Of a stretch of DNA of 64,000 nucleotides, positions 57,673-64,000 are shown piece by piece; position 1 is the stretch's first letter; the number at the start of each line of letters is the position of its first letter. The stretch comes from an uncultured Planctomycetota bacterium. Its GTDB lineage: Bacteria; Planctomycetota; Planctomycetia; Isosphaerales; Isosphaeraceae. The DNA is taken from NCBI GenBank assembly GCA_963845755.1, contig CAWJTV010000021.1, positions 19,239 through 83,238 of the forward strand, read 5' to 3'. A program made the position numbers and the translations under genes. The notes below the pieces were generated by a model that saw only the letters and a program-made list of their open reading frames with translations, did not search any database and was not told the origin of the DNA.

Positions 57673-59852
57673 CTACCGGTCGGGACGGTCCTTGGGAACG
57701 ACCAACTCAGGGTGCCGGGCGGCGATCCAGGAGTTCTTTCGTCTGGCCAGTTGTCGCAGGCGACGAACCTCGTCCTTGTCGGCCCACACGATCAGATGCT
57801 TTCCCGAAGGCGTACGCCGCGAATGGACCCAACCCTGCTTGATCCAATAATGGACCTTCTGGGCGATGACGCCGAGTTTCCCGGCCAAGTCGGGGATCCA
57901 CCACTCGTCCTGGCCGACGAGGTCGTCGCGGAACAGTTCTCCGACCAGCCCAAGTTCACGGACCAACGCCCCGATCGTTCCCGCCGTGAACACGCCGCGA
58001 CGGCGCGGCGGGACGAAGCCCTCGGCATTGAGCCGCGCGGCGATCTGCGACAGGTGAAGTCCTTCTCGATGGAGTTGCTTGATTCGTTCCGTGAGGCGTC
58101 GAAAATCCTTCAATTGCTCATACCTGCCGACTGGCCTCGCGACCTGCTGTTGGGTTGTCATGCCGCCGAGCCAAACGATCGTTACCTCGTTGAGCTCAGT
58201 CGCCTTGTCGGCCACGACAATGACCCGCTCCACCGCGCAGCGCACGATCTGCTTGCGATCCATCGCCGACGTGCCTGGTGCGTGCCAGAGCGCGGCGACG
58301 CTCTCGGAGAGCGATCGAATCCGTTGGCGATCGGCGTCGTTCAGCGTCGCCGGCAGTCTCGTCAGGAACCGATGGTAATCCTCCTCCGTTTGACGCTGCT
58401 TCTTCAGCGCGTCCTCCCACCGCGCCTCGAGTGTCCGCGCCACGAGTCGGTTCTCGGGCTCCACGGCCTGATACTGCCGCTCGGCCCTCTCGACCTCCTG
58501 GCGTGCGCGTTCCAGAGTCTGACGCCAATGGTCGTGGAGGCGCTTCGCTCTCGCTCGGCGTTCTCGATCGCGCGTAGGCTCAGGTCCAGCGCAGCGGGCT
58601 CCAACGCGCGGAGCACTTCCTTCGCGACCAGGTCGTCCAGCGTCTTTGCCGAGATGCACCCGCACGGCTCGTCCAGGGCCAGCCGCCAATACTCGCCGCA
58701 GTGATAGCCGGGCTTCTTGTCGGCCTTGTATCGCGTCGTCATGTGGCGGCCGCATTTCCCACAGACGACCAGGCCGGGCAGCAAGGCCTCGCCGCGTTTG
58801 GGCACGCCCCGCGTGTCGTGGAGCGATCGATTCTGTTTGAGGCGTTCCTGATTCGCGAGATAGCGATCCCAGCTAATGTACGCTGGGAGCCGATCCGGCA
58901 GGAACACGGCCAACTCCTCGGGCGGCACGAACCACTTGCCGCCTTCGGCTCGACCCGTCGTGGGATTCTTCGTCCCCGCGCGATGTAGGCCATAAGCGTA
59001 TGCCCCCGCATAGATGGGGTGTCGCAAGATCGACAGGACTCGACTGGGAGAGGCTGGCTTCCACTCCAGCTCCCCAATGCGCCCACCGCGATGACGGCGA
59101 AATCCCAGTTGCAGGTTGTTCACGACCAGGTAACGGAAGACCGCGTAGGCGGAACCGAGTTCCTCGAACTTCTCGAACACCAACTGAATCATTCCACGCG
59201 CCTGCTCGTCAGGCTCTTGAATGATCTCGCCCGTGGCCGTCTTGAGGTATCCCAGCGGAACGGCCAGGAACAGCTCGCCGCGCTCCGCTTTGTTCCGACT
59301 GCCTCGAAGCAAACGATTGTACATAGTAATCAATTCGTATTCGCTCATTGCGCTTTTCATGCCAAGGAGGAGACGATCGTTACTGTCCAAGGCATCGTAG
59401 ACGCCATCTTGATCGCATAGCAGGGTGCGAAAGATGCCGCAGACGTCGATAAGACGATGCCATTCGGTATTCGACCGCGACACCCTGCTAAGCTCCAACC
59501 CCAGCACGATCCCCACGTGGTTCAAGCTCACTTCCGTCATCAACCGCTGGAAGCCCGTGCGATGGTCGGTCAACTTGCCGCCGTGGCCCTGATCCTCGTC
59601 GATGATCACCACCCGCTCTGCGGGCCAACCGAGCCGTTGCGCGAACTGCGCCAGAGCATACTGCCGTTCGCGAGACTCGCGGTTCTCGAGGACTTGCTGC
59701 GGCGTTGACTGCCGCACGTACACGATCGCGAGTCGATCGAGATGCCGATCGCCAATCTTCGAGCTCGACCTCTGGCCGAAGGTGGAGGTCGATGGAGTCT
59801 CGTCGATTGATCTGTCCGTGCGATTGACGGCCCGTGCATCACGAGATTTCAT
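57673..59852 (-). CDS. Large serine recombinase (resolvase + recombinase + Zn ribbon + coiled coil + C-terminal extension), frameshift ~58545
   Basis: YVRQS, ELSRVSR, ILRHPIYAG, CGKCG..YHC..C, AERQYQAVEPENRLVA. Confidence 0.92.
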
Positions 59853-60036
59853 CGCGCACCTCCTGAGCGGTGCGAGGCGCGCCGAGTTGTCGAGTCACGA
59901 TGTCGCTGAGGGTGAGCAGCGTTCGTTGACGCTGCTCGTCCGTCAGTCGGCTCCAGAGTTGGTCCAGCACCGACGGCCGAACGACCGACGTGGCGCGGGG
60001 GGAGCAACGAGTCCGGCGTCTCGCGACATGGGGCAC
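59839..60036 (-). CDS. Small ORF overlapping the recombinase start
   Basis: SD AGGAGGT; LDQLWSRLTDEQRQRTLLTLSDIVTRQL...EVRDEIS. Confidence 0.6.
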   Translation of the reverse strand: MPHVARRRTRCSPRATSVVRPSVLDQLWSRLTDEQRQRTLLTLSDIVTRQLGAPRTAQEVRDEIS

Positions 60037-60163
60037 CTCCTTGGATCACGGGGTGTTGAGCTTCGATCCATTCCGCCAGCCGCATCAGGCCGGCCAGCGC
60101 GATTATGGGGGTGTCCGACGATTCCTGTAAAGTCGAGAGGATGGGGGCAGTCTTACTCGTACT

Positions 60164-60371
60164 TCTTGGCCCAGACGGCCAGGCCATCGCGATCCCAGTA
60201 CAGGATCTTGATGCGGTCGCGGCGCTTGTTGACGAAGACGAAGAGATGACCGGAGAGGGGATCTAGCGCCAGGCTGCCTGATGCCAGGGCGGCCAGGCCG
60301 TCAAAGCTCTTGCGCATGTCGGCCGGCTGTTTGGCGAGATAGACGCGGACCGCGGCGCTCAGTCCGAACAT
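60164..60371 (-). pseudogene. tnpB: IS66 TnpB 5' half
   Basis: MFGL...DMRKSFDGL...LFVFVNKRRDRIKILYWDRDGLAVWAK. Confidence 0.92.
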
Positions 60372-60724
60372 GGGCGTCCCTCCACGACCGCGATGAGATG
60401 GCGGAGGGTCAGGGGGTCGAATCCGGGGGCGACGGCGATCCGACGTCCGTTGGAGAGGATGAGTTCGAGGTGGGGTCCCGAGGCGGCGCTCGGCGGGATG
60501 GGATCGGGAAGGATAGTGACCGGGAGGAAATGGCGGTCGGCACTGGCGAAAGGACGATCGTCGCTGGGAGTGCGATCGGCCGGGGCGGGCTGGTAGAGAT
60601 GCTTTCGGAAGGAGTGAAGCGAGATTTGGCGAAGGCGGCAGAACTCGGCTTGAGTCAGACCGCTCCTGCGGAAATCGTTGAGGAGGGCATTCCATCGTAG
60701 ATCGATGGTTCGGCTTCGAGACAC
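60359..60724 (-). CDS. tnpA: IS66 accessory protein TnpA
   Basis: RSGLTQAEFCR, FLPV, LELILSNGRRIAV..GFD; overlaps tnpB start. Confidence 0.88.
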   Translation of the reverse strand: MSRSRTIDLRWNALLNDFRRSGLTQAEFCRLRQISLHSFRKHLYQPAPADRTPSDDRPFASADRHFLPVTILPDPIPPSAASGPHLELILSNGRRIAVAPGFDPLTLRHLIAVVEGRPCSD

Positions 60725-60817
60725 GGCGTGATCTCCCTGACGGGACCACTGGCCCCGACAGCACTATCATCGCGGGGAGTCACGCCGCTTTGTAGATGCA
60801 CTTCACCGGACGGACAC

Positions 60818-61037
60818 CTTGAACTTGAAGGGGGACAGGGGTTTGAGCATTCTCAATGAGGAAGGGAAGGGAGCCCTTGGGCTAGGGAGAACAAAGAGGG
60901 ATGAGCGGGGACTTGCCATCATGGATCTCGACGGCAGGCCGAAGGTTGGGATGTTTTTGATGCCGGATGGTAGCTCATCCATCCTGACCGGGGGCGAAAA
61001 GCAGGCGAGGCCGAATCAAGGCAAAAGCCTACCGTGA
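60818..61037 (+). pseudogene. 3' fragment of a hypothetical gene cut by IS66
   Basis: Open frame starts exactly at the IS66 end with no start signal. Confidence 0.45.
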
Positions 61038-61085
61038 TGGTTTTGCGGGAGAGAAAGCCTGCCAAGAGGAAGTCGGGGTCAAGAG

Positions 61086-61348
61086 GGGTGCAATCGCGCC
61101 GATGCCAGCGATTATGCGGCCTTTGAGGTCCTTCCCTTCGCTGTAGTCCCTTGACTCCGCATCACGAGTGTCGCCTTCGATCCCAGGTAGGATTGATACA
61201 CCTCGCTCCAGACCCCGCTCAAGTGGATCACCCGTAGGTTGACGATCCACTGACCACTCTCGACTTTCCAGCTCATCTCCGACTGCTTCAGCCACTGGGT
61301 GAACACCGTCTTGCACGCCGCCTCCGTCACCCCGCTGCCGGTCGGCAA
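61086..61348 (-). mobile_element. ISKra4/ISLre2-like transposase 3' remnant
   Basis: LPTGSGVTEAACK...LKQSEMSW...LR; truncated exactly at the tandem array. Confidence 0.75.
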
Positions 61349-61511
61349 GTGAGTTGGGGGTCAAACTTGGGTGAGTTGGGGGTCAAACTTTGTTTTTGTT
61401 TTTTGTGGGTGAGTTGGGGTCAAACTTTGTTTTTGTGGGTGAGTTGGGGTCAAACTTTGTTTTTTGGGGGTCGGTGGGTGAGTTGGGGTCAAACTTTGTT
61501 TTTTGGGGGTC
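61349..61511 (+). repeat. Five tandem copies of GTGAGTTGGGG(G)TCAAACTT with variable T/G tails
   Basis: Unit starts 61349, 61371, 61409, 61439, 61478. Confidence 0.92.
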
Positions 61512-61534
61512 GGGGTGCAGACCGAGTTTCCCGT

Positions 61535-61971
61535 TCACTCGATCTCGGAGGTGATGCCGGTGGGATCGCGGGGGATGACCCGCTGGGCCGAGGAGTCCAC
61601 CAGCAGATCGAGGTCTTCCAGGACGATAGCACCCATCAGGGCGGTTTCGCGCTTCGGCTCGCAAATCGCGGAGAAGGTCCCGTGACGACCCAGAAGCTGG
61701 ACGTAGACCCGATCCACACCCTTGCGGCGGGCCCGTCGGCCGTCGGCATAACGGACGTTGACCGGGTCGCCCAGCGGCAGGCCCAGGCGCTGACCAGCGC
61801 CGCGGGCAATACCAGCTTCGTCGCACCGGAATCCACCAGGGCCGGGATTGTCTCGCGGCGGACCTGGTCGGCGGGTATGTGTCCGCCCTGGGCGAGGATC
61901 AAGTCCGCATCGTTGACGACCTCGATCTCGACGCTGAACCGCCCCCCGCCGTCGTCTCCTCGGGTTTGCAT
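61535..61971 (-). CDS. Clan AA (retropepsin-like) aspartic protease, frameshift ~61790
   Basis: ALVDSGAT; LMGAIVLEDLDLLVD; SD AAGGAG. Confidence 0.85.
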
Positions 61972-62340
61972 GGCGTTGCTCCTTCCGATCGGACTCGGAT
62001 GATTCTCCGTCTCTCTGGATGATACGCGTTCCTCACAGGCCCGGCAACAAAAGGGGAAACTGGCGTCGCTTCATCTTTCCAGGCGCCGAAAGGAGGCAGA
62101 GGTGCGAGAATTGGCAGGGAGTATGTCGGGGTCAGACCGAGTTCCCGGTTGTTTCGCCGCTGCGATGTCACGGCAATTCTGGGTCGAGCCGGATCAGGCC
62201 GGCGCCCCGCGGCGGGCCGGTGTACCTCTCGTATTGCCGCGAGGAACAGGAGGCGCGGTGATGCTTTGGAGGGGGGCCGGGCCAGCCCCCATAACGAAGA
62301 ACATGGCCATCGGCGCGAGCGGTTTCGAGGCCGGGGAGGC

Positions 62341-62585
62341 TCAATCGTTGGTCTCGTCACCACATTCTTCTTCAGGCTCGTCGCCCGCCTCAAGGCCGAA
62401 ATCCTCTGCCAGATTGCCGGCAATGTCGCGTGCCCCGTGCAGGACGCGAAAGACCTCGATGCCGTCGAGAATCGGCCGATAGAAGACCACGTACCTGGTA
62501 AAGCGATCGATGGGAAAGGAGCGCAGCACGGCATAGAGCGGCTCATCCGGCTCGTCGCGCGTACCCAGGCCGGGCATCCTGGCTA
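62341..62585 (-). pseudogene. RelE/ParE toxin 3' part, interrupted by IS630
   Basis: LARMPGLG...LRSFPI..F..YVVFYR...IEVFRVLHGARD. Confidence 0.85.
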
Positions 62586-64000
62586 GACCGACAATCCTCA
62601 ATTGAGTGAGCATGAGCAAGGTGGCTTCTCCATCCTTGGTCGTTTGCCTCTTTTCACGCCACCTTCACCCGCAGCGGGCGACCGGTGTAGGTCCAGTGGA
62701 ACGGCTTGGCAAACACCCGATTGAAATACGCGATGAAGTTCCACAGCTTGCTCTGCAGGTCGTCCACCGAACTGAACGAGCCGCGCCGAATCACCTTCCT
62801 CATGATTACTCCGAAGACCGTCTCGATCTGGTTCAGCCACGAACTGTGCTTCGGCGTGTACACGAACCGGATCCGGTGGCCCTTCTCCGACAGGAACGCT
62901 TGCCGGCTGGCCACCGACTTGAGGATCCCGCGCACGTTCTTCCTCCCCAACGGCTCCGCGATCCCGCACGCCTTGGCCACCAACCGCACCAGCATCTCCG
63001 AGCCATGGATGTTCAAATTATCCACCACGAAGATCCACCCCGCCTCCGGGTCGGTCGCCACCGTGTGCGCGATGTGTTCGACGAAATCCAACTCCGTCCG
63101 CGTCGGGCCGATCGTGGGGGTGATCAACTCGCCGGTCGTCACGTCGAAGTTGCCGATCAGAGTCAGCGTCCCATGCCGCGTATATTCGGCCTCGATCCGC
63201 TCGGGCCTCCCGTAGGTCATCGGCTGATCGGGGGCACTCCGCTCCAGTGCTTGCAACCCGGTCATCTCATCGGTGCTGACGGTGTGCGTCCCCTGGTCCC
63301 TCGCCAGGGCCGGCGCCTCCTGGTAGGTGTCACAGACCGCCTGGACCCGCCCCGCAAAGACCACCGGATCTTTCTCGCGGGTGTTGAGCCAATACCGCTT
63401 CTTGTGCGGCTGCAAGGCGGCCTCGCGGAGATAGCGACCCACTTGAGTGACCGAGATCGAGGGCACGATGCCGCGCTTGATGGCCTCGTCGGCCAACTCC
63501 TTGGCCGTCCAGTGAGTGATCGGCCGGCCGGACTTCTCCGGGGGCTCGCAGGCCAGTGCCAGGATCGCCACGACCTGCTCGGGAGTGAACTTGCCGGAGG
63601 AGCCGGCGCGGGGCTCATCGCGGAGGACCTGCTCGACGGCCCGGCGCAACGCGGCGTGGGTCTGGGTGCACTCGATGCGGATGAGCCGCTCCCAGGCATC
63701 GGCCCAACGTCGTCGCCAGGTGCTGACCTGCCGCCGCGACAGCCCGACTGCGGCGGCGATCTCCGCGTTGTCCCGCTTCTGGAAGGCCCAGAGGATGATG
63801 GCCGCACGCTGGCGGAGTTGAGACGAGGCGGTGGGGGCCTTGTGGATCGTCTCCAGGAGATCGTGTTGACGTTCGGTGATGGTGACCTTGGCCGTCTTGC
63901 CCGGCATGGCGAGAGCCTCCCTGGTGGTTGCGAAGCTAGCGAATCCGGGTAATTCTAGCCGGGTCATCAAGCTGTTGGTGTCTCAATTGAGGATTGTCGG
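62586..64000 (-). mobile_element. IS630-family element inserted at a TA (CTAG); far end just outside the window
   Basis: TIR CCGACAATCCTCAATTGAG (62588) / CTCAATTGAGGATTGTCGG (63982-64000). Confidence 0.92.
62654..63907 (-). CDS. IS630 transposase
   Basis: HTH N-terminus; STDE, EYTRHGT, VDNLNIH, YTPKHSSWLNQIE. Confidence 0.95.
   Translation of the reverse strand: MPGKTAKVTITERQHDLLETIHKAPTASSQLRQRAAIILWAFQKRDNAEIAAAVGLSRRQVSTWRRRWADAWERLIRIECTQTHAALRRAVEQVLRDEPRAGSSGKFTPEQVVAILALACEPPEKSGRPITHWTAKELADEAIKRGIVPSISVTQVGRYLREAALQPHKKRYWLNTREKDPVVFAGRVQAVCDTYQEAPALARDQGTHTVSTDEMTGLQALERSAPDQPMTYGRPERIEAEYTRHGTLTLIGNFDVTTGELITPTIGPTRTELDFVEHIAHTVATDPEAGWIFVVDNLNIHGSEMLVRLVAKACGIAEPLGRKNVRGILKSVASRQAFLSEKGHRIRFVYTPKHSSWLNQIETVFGVIMRKVIRRGSFSSVDDLQSKLWNFIAYFNRVFAKPFHWTYTGRPLRVKVA

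Larger units (their letters stand above)
57583..60168 (-). mobile_element. Minimal large-serine-recombinase element integrated in IS66 tnpB
   Basis: TCTTG (CAAGA on minus strand) at both 57578-57582 and 60164-60168; removal restores the tnpB frame. Confidence 0.85.
55569..60817 (-). mobile_element. IS66-family element (tnpA-tnpB-tnpC) carrying an inserted recombinase element
   Basis: Imperfect TIRs GAGTGCGTCCGGTGAACCACATCTTCAAAGCGG / GTGTCCGTCCGGTGAAGTGCATCTACAAAGCGG; no matching 8-bp TSD. Confidence 0.9.

Noticed and set aside
58404..58755. Programmed frameshift in the recombinase
   Set aside because: No slippery heptamer; one missing A explains it, like the many other indels in the window
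57583..60168. Group II intron or prophage in tnpB
   Set aside because: No reverse transcriptase motifs and no phage genes; only a serine recombinase and a small ORF
57396..60371. RNA-guided TnpB nuclease (IS200/IS605)
   Set aside because: This is the unrelated ~129-aa IS66 accessory TnpB; no RuvC motifs
61349..61511. CRISPR array
   Set aside because: Inter-repeat sequences are short, low-complexity and repeated; no cas genes in the window

Overview
GC-rich bacterial DNA with the gene content of a planctomycete (probably Isosphaeraceae-like, by inference): DUF1559 proteins, an ECF sigma factor with a C-terminal fusion, an ECF plus Ser/Thr-kinase-WD40 pair, and a stand-alone mtEFG1-like EF-G. 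About 20 genes carry single-base frameshifts, most likely long-read assembly errors. Bases 1-54 kb are mostly core or envelope genes: fusA, TlpA-like redoxin, phosphoesterase, ABC permease, histidine kinase, a surface-modification operon, ADP-ribosylglycohydrolase, UbiB kinase, LptF/G and a FabF-ACP-acyltransferase lipid cluster. Within this part a ~6 kb islet (P450, ECF-RND adaptor fusion, WD40) is bounded by a decayed duplicate of a phosphatase gene's 3' end. Bases 54-64 kb are a mobile-element hotspot: a REP-like palindrome, a truncated IS630, an IS66, an ISKra4-like remnant, a G/T-skewed tandem array with related GGGGTCA motifs around an aspartic-protease gene, and an IS630 inside a RelE/ParE toxin gene. 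The best novel-system candidate is a 2.6 kb two-gene large-serine-recombinase element that splits IS66 tnpB precisely at a 5-bp CAAGA core. No rRNA, tRNA or CRISPR array was recognised.
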